From an uncultured Alphaproteobacteria bacterium (GTDB lineage: Bacteria; Pseudomonadota; Alphaproteobacteria; Rhizobiales; Xanthobacteraceae), in assembly GCA_963713785.1 (NCBI GenBank), contig CAVQNB010000001.1, positions 108,191 through 172,190 of the forward strand: 64,000 nucleotides of DNA. Reading direction: 5' to 3'. Shown piece by piece: positions 32,679-44,929 of this stretch. Position numbers and translations under genes: made by a program. Numbering within the stretch: position 1 is the first letter of the stretch; each line of letters begins with the position of its first letter. A model generated the notes under the pieces. The model saw only the letters and a program-made list of their open reading frames with translations, was not told where the DNA came from and searched no databases.

Positions 32679-33515
32679 ATGCGGAACGAGCCTTCAAACG
32701 CATCTTCGGCCGTGTTCGCCGCCAACCGCGCGCGGGGCGCGGTCACGTTCGACGTGCAGCTTCAGGACGGCGTCACGCGCCGCCGCCATCTGCACGAGTC
32801 CGGCTCGCTGCGCGTGCGCTTTCCGTCTCCTGAAGGAGAGGGCCTCTCGGCGGTATTCGTCAATACTGCCGGCGGCATCGCTGGCGGCGACCGTTTCGAC
32901 ATCGCGATCGAAGCCCATCAGGGCGCGCGGCTGACATTGACGACCGCGGCCGCGGAAAAGGTCTATCGTGCAGCCGGCGCCGCCGCCGAGCTCAACATCG
33001 CGTTGAAGGCGGCTTCCGGCGCGCATCTTTCCTGGCTGCCGCAGGAAACCATCCTGTTCGACCAGGCGCGGATATCGCGGCGCATCGATGTCGATCTCGC
33101 CGAAGGCGCCTCGCTCCTGCTCTGTGAAATCGTGGTGTTCGGCCGCGCCGCCATGGGCGAGCGCATGCGAAGCGGCCAATTCGTCGATCGCTGGCGCTTG
33201 CGTCGCGGCGGCAGGCTGCTGTTCGCCGAAACCGTGCGGCTCGACGGCGATATCGGCGAAAAGCTCGAGCGACCTGCGATCGCGAAGGCGGGTGCGGCAA
33301 TCGGCACCGCCCTGATCGTGCCGGGCGATGAGGTCGTGGTCGATCGGATCCGCGAGGCCACGGGCTATTTTGCCGGCGAGGTCGGCATCTCCGCCTGGAA
33401 TGGATTTGCAATGGTGCGCTTCTGTGCCCAAGATGCGGTGCGGCTGCGCGCCGACATGATGAGGGTGCTCGGCCGGGCGTCGGCTTCGGCGCTGCCGCGG
33501 CTCTGGCTCAACTGA
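32679..33515 (+). CDS. ureD: Urease accessory protein UreD
   Basis: VNTAGGIAGGD, TTAAAEKVY, WLPQETILF, LPRLW. Confidence 0.92.
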   Translation: MRNEPSNASSAVFAANRARGAVTFDVQLQDGVTRRRHLHESGSLRVRFPSPEGEGLSAVFVNTAGGIAGGDRFDIAIEAHQGARLTLTTAAAEKVYRAAGAAAELNIALKAASGAHLSWLPQETILFDQARISRRIDVDLAEGASLLLCEIVVFGRAAMGERMRSGQFVDRWRLRRGGRLLFAETVRLDGDIGEKLERPAIAKAGAAIGTALIVPGDEVVVDRIREATGYFAGEVGISAWNGFAMVRFCAQDAVRLRADMMRVLGRASASALPRLWLN

Positions 33516-33546
33516 ATTGGACCGGTCAAATCATTAGAGTGCTCGG

Positions 33547-33849
33547 ATGAATCTGTCTCCCCGCGAAAAGGACAAGCTCTTGATCTCGATGGCCGCCATG
33601 GTGGCGCAGCGCAGGCTGGAGCGCGGTGTCAAGCTCAACCATCCAGAGGCTATCGCCATCATCTCCGACTTCATCGTCGAGGGTGCGCGCGACGGCCGCA
33701 CCGTCGCCGATCTGATGCAGGCCGGCGCGCAGGTTTTGACGCGCGCGCAAGTCATGCCCGGCATTGCCGAGATGATCCACGACATCCAGGTCGAAGCGAC
33801 CTTTCCCGACGGCACCAAGCTCGTCACCGTGCACGAGCCGATCCGGTAG
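33547..33849 (+). CDS. ureA: Urease gamma subunit
   Basis: [34 protein letters not shown]. Confidence 0.97.
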   Translation: MNLSPREKDKLLISMAAMVAQRRLERGVKLNHPEAIAIISDFIVEGARDGRTVADLMQAGAQVLTRAQVMPGIAEMIHDIQVEATFPDGTKLVTVHEPIR

Positions 33850-33858
33850 GAGACCAAC

Positions 33859-34164
33859 ATGATCCCCGGCGAACTCTTCATCAAGGACGGCGAGATCGAG
33901 CTCAATGCCGGCCGCAAGACCGTGACGCTTTCAGTCGCCAATTCCGGCGACCGCCCGATCCAGGTCGGCTCGCATTATCATTTCTTTGAAACCAACCCGG
34001 CGCTGAAATTCGACCGAAAGAAAGCCCGCGGCATGAGGCTCGATATCGCGGCGGGCACCGCGGTGCGCTTCGAACCAGGGCAAACCCGCGACGTGCAGCT
34101 TGTCGCGCTCGCCGGCAAACGCACCATCTACGGCTTTCGCGGCGACGTAATGGGCAAGCTGTGA
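33859..34164 (+). CDS. ureB: Urease beta subunit
   Basis: [31 protein letters not shown]. Confidence 0.97.
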   Translation: MIPGELFIKDGEIELNAGRKTVTLSVANSGDRPIQVGSHYHFFETNPALKFDRKKARGMRLDIAAGTAVRFEPGQTRDVQLVALAGKRTIYGFRGDVMGKL

Positions 34165-34192
34165 TCTTTGGCGATGTGAGCACGGTGGTCGG

Positions 34193-34634
34193 GCTCCCTC
34201 CCCCCTTGCGGCGGTGGGTTTGGGAGAGGGGTATGCCGCACACTCCAGTGGATGAGATACAGCGAGCCCGTGCCAAACAGCTACGGCGCACGATGACGCG
34301 CGCCGAAACCTTGTTATGGCGCCACTTGAAGGCAAATCGACTCGCAGGTCTCGGATTTCGTCGGCAAAGTCCGATGGGCAATTACATCGCGGATTTCGTC
34401 GCTCACTCCTGCAAGCTCGTCGTTCGATGTCGATGGTGAAAGTCATGATTTCGAGGAGCGTATTCGCCACGATGATCGCCGCGATCGATGGTTCGCGTCT
34501 CGTGGGTACCGCGTGCTGCGTTTCACCAATGACGATGTGATGAAGAATTTGGAAGGCGTTGTCATGGCGATTGGTCAGGCAGCGGAGCAAGCGGCACCCC
34601 CCTCCCTAACCCTCCCCGCAAGGGGGGAGGGAAC
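34193..34634. mobile_element. ~440-bp cassette: DUF559 gene between ~39-bp inverted hairpin repeats
   Basis: Left 34193-34232 GCTCCCTCCCCCCTTGCGGCGGTGGGTTTGGGAGAGGGGT; reverse complement of right 34596-34634 GTTCCCTCCCCCCTTGCGGGGAGGGTTAGGGAGGGGGGT; mobility is inferred. Confidence 0.7.
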
Positions 34635-34654
34635 TCTTCCGCCGATGGAGCGCG

Positions 34655-34668
<14 letters not shown>
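34233..34668 (+). CDS. DUF559 / Vsr-like endonuclease domain protein; one indel near 34424
   Basis: [21 protein letters not shown]...[14 protein letters not shown]...KLVV|DVDGESH...DDRRDRW...[12 protein letters not shown]. Confidence 0.85.
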
Positions 34669-36370
<1,702 letters not shown>

Positions 36371-36418
36371 GCTCGTTCCCGGCAGTCTTAGCCAGAACAA
36401 GAGCCGGGAGGATTTTCC

Positions 36419-36718
36419 GTGATTTACGTCGTTGCCACACTGACCGTGAAGCCCGAAACGCGCGCCGAATTCATTGCGGCGGCGACCGCCTGCATCAAGG
36501 AGACCCGCAAGGAAGCCGGCAATATCGCCTATGATTTGCATGAAAGCGTCACCGACCCCACCAAGATGGTGTTCGTCGAGCAATGGGAAAATGCCGAGGC
36601 GCTGGTGCCGCACCGCGCCGCCGAACACATGAAGACCTTCGGCCGGGTTGCCGTGAAATGCATGACCGCACCGCCGAAGATCGAGGTGATCACGCCGGAA
36701 AAGGTCGACGTCCGCTAA
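36419..36718 (+). CDS. ABM-family (putative quinol monooxygenase) protein 1
   Basis: ETRKEAGNIAYDLHES...VFVEQW...HRAAEHM. Confidence 0.85.
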   Translation: MIYVVATLTVKPETRAEFIAAATACIKETRKEAGNIAYDLHESVTDPTKMVFVEQWENAEALVPHRAAEHMKTFGRVAVKCMTAPPKIEVITPEKVDVR

Positions 36719-36744
36719 TCAAGAAAACAAACGGGAGACAATCC

Positions 36745-37045
36745 ATGATCTATGTCGTTGCCACCACGCAGGTGAAACCGGGCCAGCGCGACGCCTTCAT
36801 CAAAGGCGCCAAGGAATGCATCGCCGCCACCCGGCAAGGAGAAAGGCTGTCTGTCCTATGAGAGCCACACCAGCATCAACGATCCCAATCTGTTCGTGGT
36901 GGTCGAGCGCTGGGAGAGCCGCGAGGATCTCAACGCGCATGGCCGGGCGCCGCACATGAAGGTCTGGCGCGAATATTCCGCGCCGCTAAAGGTGTCGCCG
37001 ACCGTGATCGAGATCATCAGCGACGGCAAGGTGGAGAAGTTGTAA
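36745..37045 (+). CDS. ABM-family protein 2; indel near 36835
   Basis: MIYVVATTQVKPGQRDAF...ATR|KEKGCLSYESH...FVVVERW...HGRAPHM; GGGAG RBS. Confidence 0.8.
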
Positions 37046-37054
37046 AGCGTCAGC

Positions 37055-37681
37055 ATGATCCGCGCAGACGCAGGTCCATGACGCGCACCAGTGCATCGCT
37101 GGACGGAAGCCGCGGCCGATACCGTCGTGCTCGATTTCGACGACCGTCACCGGCGGCGGATGGCGATGACGGGCACGCGCGGACTCGAGTTCCTGCTCGA
37201 TCTCGAAAACGCCGTCGCGTTGCGCGGCGGCGACGCGCTGGTGCTCGAGGACGGCCGCCTGATCGAGGTGGTGGCGGCGCCGGAGCCGCTGATCGAGATC
37301 CGCGGCGCCGATCCGCAGCATCTGGTCAGGGTCGCCTGGCATCTCGGCAACCGTCATCTGCCGACGCAGATCATGCCCAAGGGCCTGCGCATCCGGCGCG
37401 ACCATGTCATCGAGGCGATGGTGAAGGGGCTGGGCGCTCGCGTGATCGAGATCGAGGCGCCGTTCGATCCCGAAGGCGGCGCCTATGCCGGCGGCGGCCA
37501 TGCGCACGCGCCGAAGGCGACGCGCACCACACCGGGCATGATCATGCGTCGCACCATGCGCGCATGATCACCATCACCATGATCACCATGACGATCATCG
37601 CCACGATGACCACATCACCACGACGAGCATTGCGACCACGAGCACCATCACGGCCATTCCCATGCTCATGACCACAAGTGA
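37055..37681 (+). CDS. ureE: Urease accessory nickel chaperone UreE with His-rich tail (indels)
   Basis: [37 protein letters not shown]; HDHHH repeats at 37540-37680. Confidence 0.9.
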
Positions 37682-38464
37682 GCGCGAGCCCGCGTCGACG
37701 ATCGCGAGCGGGATGAGCGGAAAGCGAGGCGGCGGCGCTGTACCGGCTGATGACCTGGCTGTCGCCGGCCTTTCCGGTCGGCGCGTTCTCCTATTCCAGC
37801 GGCATCGAATGGGCGGTGGAGGCCGGCGATATCGTCGATGCCGCCTCGTTGCGGGATTGGCTCGCCTCGATGCTCGCGGACGGCTCCGGATTTTGCGACG
37901 GCGTGTTCCTGGCGCAGGCGCACCGCGCCGCGTCGTTCGGCGACGACGGCGCCTTGCGCGAGATCGCCGAGCTTGCGGCCGCCTTCGTGCCGTCGCGCGA
38001 GCGGCAGCTCGAGACCTCGGCGCAGGGCCGCGCCTTCATCGAGATCGCGCGCGCGGCGTGGAATTGCGACGGCCTCGAGGCGATGATCGCGCATTGCGAG
38101 GGCACTGATCGTCTATCCCGTCGCGGTCGGTCTCGTCAGCGCCGCGCATGCGATCCCGCTCGCCCCCACGATGCACGCCTTCCTTCACGCGCTGACGTCG
38201 AACTGGATTTCGGCCGGCAGCCGGCTCATTCCGCTCGGGCAGACCGACAGCCAGCGCGTGCTGGCCGCGCTCGAGCCGGTCGTCGCCGCGACCGCAAGGC
38301 GCGCGCTCGCGGCGTCGCTCGACGATCTCGGCAGCGCCACCTTTCGCGCCGATCTCGCGAGCCTCCGGCACGAGACGCAATATACGAGGCTGTTCCGGTC
38401 AGATGCATGCATCGCTGATCTCGGCGGTGCTGGAACGATCGACGGGACGATCAATCGAGACTGA
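37662..38464 (+). CDS. ureF: Urease accessory protein UreF (indels; true stop probably near 38404)
   Basis: [41 protein letters not shown]. Confidence 0.9.
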
Positions 38465-38465
38465 C

Positions 38466-39091
38466 ATGGCACATTCTCACGGCCCGCTTCGCGATCGGCA
38501 TCGGCGGTCCCGTCGGATCGGGAAAGACCGCGCTGATGGACCTGCTGTGCAAGTCGATGCGGCGAGCGCTACGACATCGCCGCGATCACCAACGACATCT
38601 ACACCAAATGGGATGCGGAATTCCTGGTGCGCTCGGGCTCGCTGACGCCGGATCGCATCGCCGGCGTCGAGACCGGCGGTTGCCCGCATACCGCGATCCG
38701 CGAGGACGCCTCGATGAATCTCGCGGCGGTCGCCGACATGCGCGCGAAATTTCCCGATCTCGATCTGGTGCTGATCGAATCCGGCGGCGACAATCTCGCC
38801 GCCACCTTCTCGCCGGAACTCGCCGATCTCACGATCTACGTCATCGACGTCGCGGCCGGCGACAAGATCCCCTCCAAGGGCGGCCCCGGCATCACCCGGT
38901 CGGATCTTCTGGTGATCAACAAGATCGATCTCGCGCCGCATGTCGGTGCGTCGCTGGAAAAGATGGATAGCGATGCGAGACGGATGCGTGGCGAGCGGCC
39001 GTTCGTCATGACCAATCTGAAGAAGAGCGAAGGATTGGACCGCATCATCCGCTTCATCGAGACCAAGGGCGGCCTCAAGCCTTTAGCCTAA
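38466..39091 (+). CDS. ureG: Urease accessory GTPase UreG (indels in 5' part)
   Basis: [38 protein letters not shown]. Confidence 0.93.
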
Positions 39092-39400
39092 ACAAGCTTG
39101 GTTAAGCGAAAGCGTTAACGCACCCCTTGCCGGCGAGGCTGCCGCTTCGCGCAATAAATTATCGCTCGATCAACCGGAACTATATCGCTTGCCCGCGATT
39201 ATCACTCTCTGGCCTTCCGCCGGAATGGTGCTCGTGGTGGGCCCATTAAGCTTCGCTGGTGAGTTTGGTTGCGTGCTGCTAATGGCTCCTCCATTATGTG
39301 AATCGGTTGGCCTTCATGCTGCTTTGGCTCGTTTCCGCGCGAGCGAATCCCGGATGCTTCCCCTGTTGTCTCGCCAACCCTTCATGTTCTGAGTAAGCGA

Positions 39401-41059
39401 GTGGTTCGGCTGGGTTTCATCATCGGCTTTATCGCGCTGATCGGAGTTCTGCTCTCCGGGCTCGCGGCGTATCGCGTGCACGATCAGGAATTGACCATCG
39501 ACGGCATCGCGCTGGCGCGGGCGATCGACGTCCACGCCAGCCTGGTCCAGGACCGCCTGACCGAGCGCGAGCTGCTGGCCCGCGTCGCCTCCGGCCTGTT
39601 CCGCACGCCTTCGGTGGTCAAGGCCAGCATGCTGGAGCCGCTGCGCTCCTCGATCTACGCGTTCAAGACCGACTTCGTCGTCGCCAGCTGGGTCGCGCGG
39701 CTGAAGCCAAGCGAGCTCGATATCGTGCGCGGCGAACTCTTGAGCGCCGGATTTTCCAACCCGACAATCCGCAATTACGATGACAAGCCGCTCGATCCGC
39801 TCTCGCTCAACAAGCCGATCGACGTATTGATGGACGTCGAACCGCGCAATGCCGAGACCAGGACTTTTCCGGGGCGGGCGTTCGACCAGCATCCGGTGAT
39901 TGGGCCGATGCTGACCCAGGCGATGGCCGCGGGAAAGCCGGTCGCATCCGACCCGACCCCGCTGCTCCGTCCGAACGGGCCGATCGGTCTCATTCTGGCG
40001 GCGCCCGTGACGCCGCCGCTCACTACGGCGCCGGCGGGCTTCGTGACGTTTTCCTACGAGCTCGCCTCGTTGATGCTGACCAACGACGATCTGTCGCTGT
40101 TCTCGGTCGCGCTGAAAGACCCCCGCGGCAACGATGGCGAACTGGTCGCCAGTGACCAGGGCGTCGTCTCGTCGCGCAAAGTTGCGCCGGACAGTCCGCC
40201 GCCCTCGGCGACGCGTACGGTGACCTTCGGAAACCGCGACTGGTCGCTCGGCTATTACGCCAAGACCAACACGATCAAGCGCGCGGAGCAGACCGCGGCG
40301 ATCGTGGCGGCGATCGGCCTGTCGCTGACCGGTATCGTCTGCGGGCTGTTCGGCTATGTCGCCTACAACAATTTGCGGCTTTCCCGCGAGATCCAGGTAC
40401 GGATCGGCTTTGAGCGCCGGCTGACGGCCGTGATCGACGAGCTCAACCACCGGGTCAAGAACATCCTTGCGGTGATCCAGTCGATCGTGACGCGAACCTT
40501 GCGCCACGGGTCCGACATCGACGTCGCGCGCGAACTGTTGATCGGCCGCATCCACGCCATGTCCAACGTGGTGTCGCTGCTCAGCGAAAGCCAGTGGCAG
40601 GGCGTGAAGCTGAAAGGCCTGTTCGAATCCCGCGCGATACCACACGCCGACCGTATTGCGGTGAGCGGTCCCGATGTCGCGGTCAGCGCGCGGGCGGCCC
40701 AGAGCCTCTCGCTGTTGTTCTTCGAGCTGGCGTCGCATTCCGACGAGGGCCTGTCGCTGGTCGGCAAGCATCCGCACATCACGGTGAAATGGGAAGTGAC
40801 GGGCGAGGAGCCCGACACGATTTTCTATTTTCGCTGGGAAGAGTTCAACACGTCCGAGGCGACACGCCGGCCGGACAGCGATTTCGGCGTCATCCTGCTC
40901 GATCGCGTCGCCCCGGAAGCGCTCGGCGGCACCTCGAAGCGCTATTTCACCGAGGTGAGCTACGTCTACGAGCTGATCGCGCCGATGGAGACCGTTGTCG
41001 ACATGAACGAACGCGACCGCACCGAGCAATTCTCGGCGCCGGTGCGGCCGGTTCGGTAG
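39401..41059 (+). CDS. Membrane HWE-type sensor histidine kinase with CHASE-like periplasmic domain
   Basis: Two TM segments; H-box ELNHRVKN; FELASH, KWE/RWEE; adjacent to ecfG-nepR-phyR. Confidence 0.88.
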   Translation: MVRLGFIIGFIALIGVLLSGLAAYRVHDQELTIDGIALARAIDVHASLVQDRLTERELLARVASGLFRTPSVVKASMLEPLRSSIYAFKTDFVVASWVARLKPSELDIVRGELLSAGFSNPTIRNYDDKPLDPLSLNKPIDVLMDVEPRNAETRTFPGRAFDQHPVIGPMLTQAMAAGKPVASDPTPLLRPNGPIGLILAAPVTPPLTTAPAGFVTFSYELASLMLTNDDLSLFSVALKDPRGNDGELVASDQGVVSSRKVAPDSPPPSATRTVTFGNRDWSLGYYAKTNTIKRAEQTAAIVAAIGLSLTGIVCGLFGYVAYNNLRLSREIQVRIGFERRLTAVIDELNHRVKNILAVIQSIVTRTLRHGSDIDVARELLIGRIHAMSNVVSLLSESQWQGVKLKGLFESRAIPHADRIAVSGPDVAVSARAAQSLSLLFFELASHSDEGLSLVGKHPHITVKWEVTGEEPDTIFYFRWEEFNTSEATRRPDSDFGVILLDRVAPEALGGTSKRYFTEVSYVYELIAPMETVVDMNERDRTEQFSAPVRPVR

Positions 41060-41065
41060 ATGACG

Positions 41066-41611
41066 TCAGCCGTTGCCGCCGATCACGGCGCGCACGGTCT
41101 CGTCGGGGCCGAAATCCTCGGCGCCGTCGACATAAAGCAGCGCTGCGAGTTTCGAGCGCGCGCGGTTGACGCGGCTCTTGATGGTGCCGACCGCGCAGCC
41201 GCAGATTGCGGCTGCATCCTCGTAGGAAAAGCCGGAGGCGCCCACCAATATCAGCGCTTCACGCTGGTCCTGGGGCAACTTGTCGAGCGCGACGCGGAAT
41301 TCCTCGAATTCCAGATGCGCGTTTTGCGCCGGCTGGGTCTTCAGCGTCTTGGCATAGTTGCCTTCGGCGTCCTCGACCTCCCGTCGCCGCTTGCGATAGT
41401 CCGAGCGGAACAGGTTGCGCAGGATCGTGAAGAGCCAGGCCGGCAGGTTCGAGCCGGGCTGGAACGAGTCGATATTCGCGAGCGCCCGCAGCAGGGTTTC
41501 CTGCACCAGATCGTCGGCCCGATCGCCGTTGCCGCTGAGCGAGATGGCAAAGGCGCGCAGGCTGGGTACCGACGCTAGGATGTCGTCGCGAAGAGATTCC
41601 GTGAGAGGCAT
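41066..41611 (-). CDS. ecfG: ECF15 sigma factor EcfG
   Basis: LRAFAISL, ADDLVQETL, AWLFTILRN, GTIKSRVNRAR; downstream of nepR. Confidence 0.93.
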   Translation of the reverse strand: MPLTESLRDDILASVPSLRAFAISLSGNGDRADDLVQETLLRALANIDSFQPGSNLPAWLFTILRNLFRSDYRKRRREVEDAEGNYAKTLKTQPAQNAHLEFEEFRVALDKLPQDQREALILVGASGFSYEDAAAICGCAVGTIKSRVNRARSKLAALLYVDGAEDFGPDETVRAVIGGNG

Positions 41612-41842
41612 TTACTCCCTCCCGTTCTGTTCGTTTGATCCCCCGTTATCGCCCACTTGGGATGCGTCCTCCGGTACATCAAGCTTGCGGATCAGTTCCG
41701 CGAACCGCTCCGGAACCCCTTGACGCACGACGTCGTCATACATGGCCCGCAGCTGGTGGCCGATCCTGGACTGGATTTCGGCATTGAGGCCGCCCTTCCC
41801 GGGGGTCGTGTTCTTGCTTGCTGGAGACTTTACATCTTTCAT
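41612..41842 (-). CDS. nepR: Anti-sigma factor NepR
   Basis: IGHQLRAMYDDVVRQGVPERFAELIRKL. Confidence 0.92.
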   Translation of the reverse strand: MKDVKSPASKNTTPGKGGLNAEIQSRIGHQLRAMYDDVVRQGVPERFAELIRKLDVPEDASQVGDNGGSNEQNGRE

Positions 41843-41915
41843 GACCTGTTCCACGTTTCCCCGAGTGTTAAGTCCCTGTGGCTTCACGTGTTATTCTCGG
41901 TTGCGATGCGTTGCC

Positions 41916-41985
41916 GCGGGGGGCTAATTCGAACTTCGCGAAAAAGTTCCGGCTAAGTTGGGAACTTTTCGCAGCCTTGGGCGTA
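41916..41985. promoter_or_regulatory. Divergent EcfG-type promoters for nepR-ecfG and phyR
   Basis: Plus GGAAC(41961)-N16-CGTA; minus GGAAC(41950)-N16-AATT. Confidence 0.65.
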
Positions 41986-42056
41986 AACAGCCGATCAGGG
42001 GGAACCCGGGCCACCCCCGCGATGAACTATGGCCCTGGGATATGGATGGAGTGGGA

Positions 42057-42857
42057 ATGTCCCGATCACAGCTTGTTGCTGAACATTTACCGCTGCTGAG
42101 GCGCTATGCCCGCGCCCTGACGGGAAGCCAGGTTTCTGGCGACGCCTATGTCGGAGCCATGCTGGAAGCGATGCTGCAGGACCCATCCGTGCTCGACGAG
42201 CGCCATGGACCCCGCGCCGGCCTGTTCCGGCTGTTCACCCAGATCTGGAATTCGGTCTCGCTTAATGACGATAGCAGTGTGACCACGCTGCCGATGCCGC
42301 CCGAACGGCGGTTATCCAATATCACGCCGCTTCCGCGCCAGGCTTTCCTCCTGTTGTCGCTGGAAGGCTTTTCCGAGGAGGAAGTGGCCTTCATTCTCGG
42401 CACCGACATCGCCGAGGCAAGGCGGTTGGCCGATACGGCGGGCCGCGAGATGGCGGCCGAAATCGCGACCGACGTCCTGATCATCGAGGACGAGACGTTT
42501 ATCGCCATGGACCTCGAAAGCCTGGTGAAAAACCTCGGTCACAACGTGATCGGCGTCGCCCGCACCCATTCCGACGCGGTGGCGCTGGCCAAGAACAGGA
42601 AGCCGGGCCTGATTCTCGCGGACATCCAGCTCGCCGACGGCTCGTCCGGGCTTGATGCGGTCAACGAGCTGCTCAGGACCTTCGAGGTCCCGGTGGTGTT
42701 CATCACCGCCTATCCCGAGCGTTTCCTCACCGGCGAGCGTCCGGAGCCGGCGTTCCTGATCTCAAAACCGTTCCAGCCGGCGATGGTGTCGGCGGTGGCA
42801 AGCCAGGCATTGTTCTTCCAGCGCAACTCGCGCAACCGGAAAGCGCCGGCGGCGTAA
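42057..42857 (+). CDS. phyR: Anti-anti-sigma response regulator PhyR
   Basis: Sigma-like N-terminus HLPLLRRYARALTG plus receiver VLIIEDE, ADIQLADGSSG, FITAYPE. Confidence 0.95.
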   Translation: MSRSQLVAEHLPLLRRYARALTGSQVSGDAYVGAMLEAMLQDPSVLDERHGPRAGLFRLFTQIWNSVSLNDDSSVTTLPMPPERRLSNITPLPRQAFLLLSLEGFSEEEVAFILGTDIAEARRLADTAGREMAAEIATDVLIIEDETFIAMDLESLVKNLGHNVIGVARTHSDAVALAKNRKPGLILADIQLADGSSGLDAVNELLRTFEVPVVFITAYPERFLTGERPEPAFLISKPFQPAMVSAVASQALFFQRNSRNRKAPAA

Positions 42858-42926
42858 TCTGAAGCTGGTTGGTCGAACTGATCCGGCGCGCTTTCTCGGC
42901 GCGCCGGCTTTTTGTGCGGCGTGGAT

Positions 42927-43562
42927 TTAGGCAAGCGCCCGGCAGAAGGATTCGGTGTCGGTGAAAATCGCGTCGCCTGAAAACTTCAGGGCCTCGATCG
43001 AACGCGCCGCCGCGTCGGCGTGACCAGACCCGCAAGCGTCGGACACGATCACAGGAATGATCCCAAGGTCCGCGGCGTGCCGCGCCGTCGGCTCGATTCC
43101 AATTTCCATGGCGACGCCAACGAGGGCAACTGACGTGATTCCGCAGTCGCGTATGGCGATCGAAAGCGGCGTGCCTTCAAATGCCGACATGGTGATCTTG
43201 TCAAAGATTGCTTCGCTTGGCCGCGGGGCCAACTCAGGGGTAATGCCAAATCCAGGCGCGTCGCGGAGAAACCAGGGATTGACCGCGCCAGGGTCGTCGA
43301 CGCGTTGCCAGGCCATCGCCATGCGATACTGAAATGCGCCCATCAGTTCTTTCGGCAACGACATGTGGCGCATAAAGAAGATACGAACGCCGGCGGTCCG
43401 GGCTGCAGCGAGAACCTTTGAAACCCGGGTGGTGATCTCCTGCCCATTCTTTAGCTGCTTCAGAATTCCGATCTGCATGTCGTAGACCACCAAAGCCAGC
43501 CGATGGGGATCGCAGATTTCCTTTAGCGTCTCGGGAATGTCGATATTGGCAGCGTGTTTCAC
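42927..43562 (-). CDS. Isochorismatase-like cysteine hydrolase family protein
   Basis: ALVVYDMQ, FDKITMSAFEGT, TARHAADLG, VSDACG. Confidence 0.82.
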   Translation of the reverse strand: MKHAANIDIPETLKEICDPHRLALVVYDMQIGILKQLKNGQEITTRVSKVLAAARTAGVRIFFMRHMSLPKELMGAFQYRMAMAWQRVDDPGAVNPWFLRDAPGFGITPELAPRPSEAIFDKITMSAFEGTPLSIAIRDCGITSVALVGVAMEIGIEPTARHAADLGIIPVIVSDACGSGHADAAARSIEALKFSGDAIFTDTESFCRALA

Positions 43563-43934
43563 AAATTAGTCTCCCATGCCTAAGCGGCCCCGCGCGGTGC
43601 TTTATAGAGGGACAGCGCCGCGCGTTAAATGCGCGCATCGATGGGTTCGTGACGTACCCAGCGCCAGCACGCGCCGGGCTTAGCCTCATCCATGTAGGGC
43701 TGAAATTGCATAAAAAAGCGGGGCGCGACTGGCATCACCACAGCCGCGCCCCACGTCGCCGGTCAATGGGGCAGGGGGGAATAACCGGCTGCCGGGATGA
43801 CTCCCGGCGCCGGAAGACGTTCCCGGACCCGGCAAATATTTTTGCACACGGTTAAGTGATCGCCCGTCCGGGGACCCGGTTCCCGCGACATAACGTTATG
43901 TCGCTGATCGCCATGGGGCGAGGGACCGACGGCC

Positions 43935-44363
43935 ATGTCACAGACAGTCAAGGGAATTCTCGGCGCGATCGCCATGTCGTTGACGCTTGGCGCCGTGCAA
44001 TTCGCATCCGGTCACGATTTGACCAGCGGTCTGGTGACGACTGGCCTTGCAGCGACCGGTCTTTCGACCACCCGAGCTGGCTTTCAAGACAGCGCCGGCG
44101 TCGACCGCGCCGCCAAGGCCGATCGCGTGGCGGCGGCGACGGCGGCGGCCATGCCGACGCGGACGATCTCGATCAGGCTCGATCGCCTGGCCGACACCTC
44201 GGTCCTGATCCGCATCCCGGCGGTCAAGGAAACGCGCAACCTCCCGCCGGCTCTTCATTTAAACAAGCCGGGCGATCGCAAGCTCAAGGTCGCCTGCGAG
44301 CCGGTGGTCTCAACCCTGACCGAGGTCGCGAAGCTGCTGCAGCCCGGCCGCTGCGTCACCTGA
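43935..44363 (+). CDS. Exported hypothetical protein
   Basis: Signal-like N-terminus; VDRAAKADR; C-terminal ACEPVVS...PGRCVT Cys pair. Confidence 0.7.
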   Translation: MSQTVKGILGAIAMSLTLGAVQFASGHDLTSGLVTTGLAATGLSTTRAGFQDSAGVDRAAKADRVAAATAAAMPTRTISIRLDRLADTSVLIRIPAVKETRNLPPALHLNKPGDRKLKVACEPVVSTLTEVAKLLQPGRCVT

Positions 44364-44385
44364 TTTTCGAAAAGACGAGCGAGTT

Positions 44386-44820
44386 CTATTCCGCCGGCGC
44401 CTGGTCGGCGGCATGGCTGCGGTTCGCCATCAAGCCTAGCGCCAATCCGCCGACCGCAAGCAGCGGGATCAGCTTCTTGATGCCGATGGTGCGGATCAGC
44501 TGCAGACCGGCCGCCACCACCATCGGATCCGCCAGCATGGTTTGCGCGGCCGACTTGGCGGCGGCCTGCGCGCGTTGCTTGATCTGGCGCTTGCGCAGCA
44601 TGTAGCTGCCGGCCGCGATCAGCGTGACCGCAAAGAAGATCGCGGCCCCGGTGAAGCAGGCTTCGACCGGGCCGTATTTCTCGAGCACAAGAATGAAGGC
44701 GGCGGCGCACACGAAGGCGGTGGTAATGAACAAGGCGATTGCCGCGGCGGCCGCCAGCGACGTCAGCCGCAGCGCTGTGCCGGTCGACTCCTTGAAATCA
44801 TCGACGATGCGCTGAAACAT
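44386..44820 (-). CDS. Membrane protein, YqjE/holin-like partner of DUF883
   Basis: Two TM helices; GAGGG RBS; directly downstream of the DUF883 gene. Confidence 0.65.
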   Translation of the reverse strand: MFQRIVDDFKESTGTALRLTSLAAAAAIALFITTAFVCAAAFILVLEKYGPVEACFTGAAIFFAVTLIAAGSYMLRKRQIKQRAQAAAKSAAQTMLADPMVVAAGLQLIRTIGIKKLIPLLAVGGLALGLMANRSHAADQAPAE

Positions 44821-44929
44821 CCCTATCCCTCGATTTGTAGAGAGCATCGACGAAGGCGACGGCGATCCACCAGCGGTGCCATTCGTCCAAGAGATGGGTT
44901 GCTCCGGAGACCATCGCTGTATTCCGCCG

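Noticed and set aside
34161-34232. Upstream GTG start for the DUF559 ORF
   Set aside because: Translates the repeat itself; family-like sequence and the RBS fit ATG 34233.
37540-37680. CAC/CAT/GAT low-complexity repeat as a separate element
   Set aside because: Encodes the known His-rich Ni-binding tail of UreE.
36830-38570. Programmed frameshifting or decay in ureE/F/G
   Set aside because: No slippery heptamers; indels cluster regionally while ureABC and urt are intact, as expected for consensus errors.
39102-39118. CtrA box after ureG
   Set aside because: TTAA half-sites are 9 bp apart, not 7.
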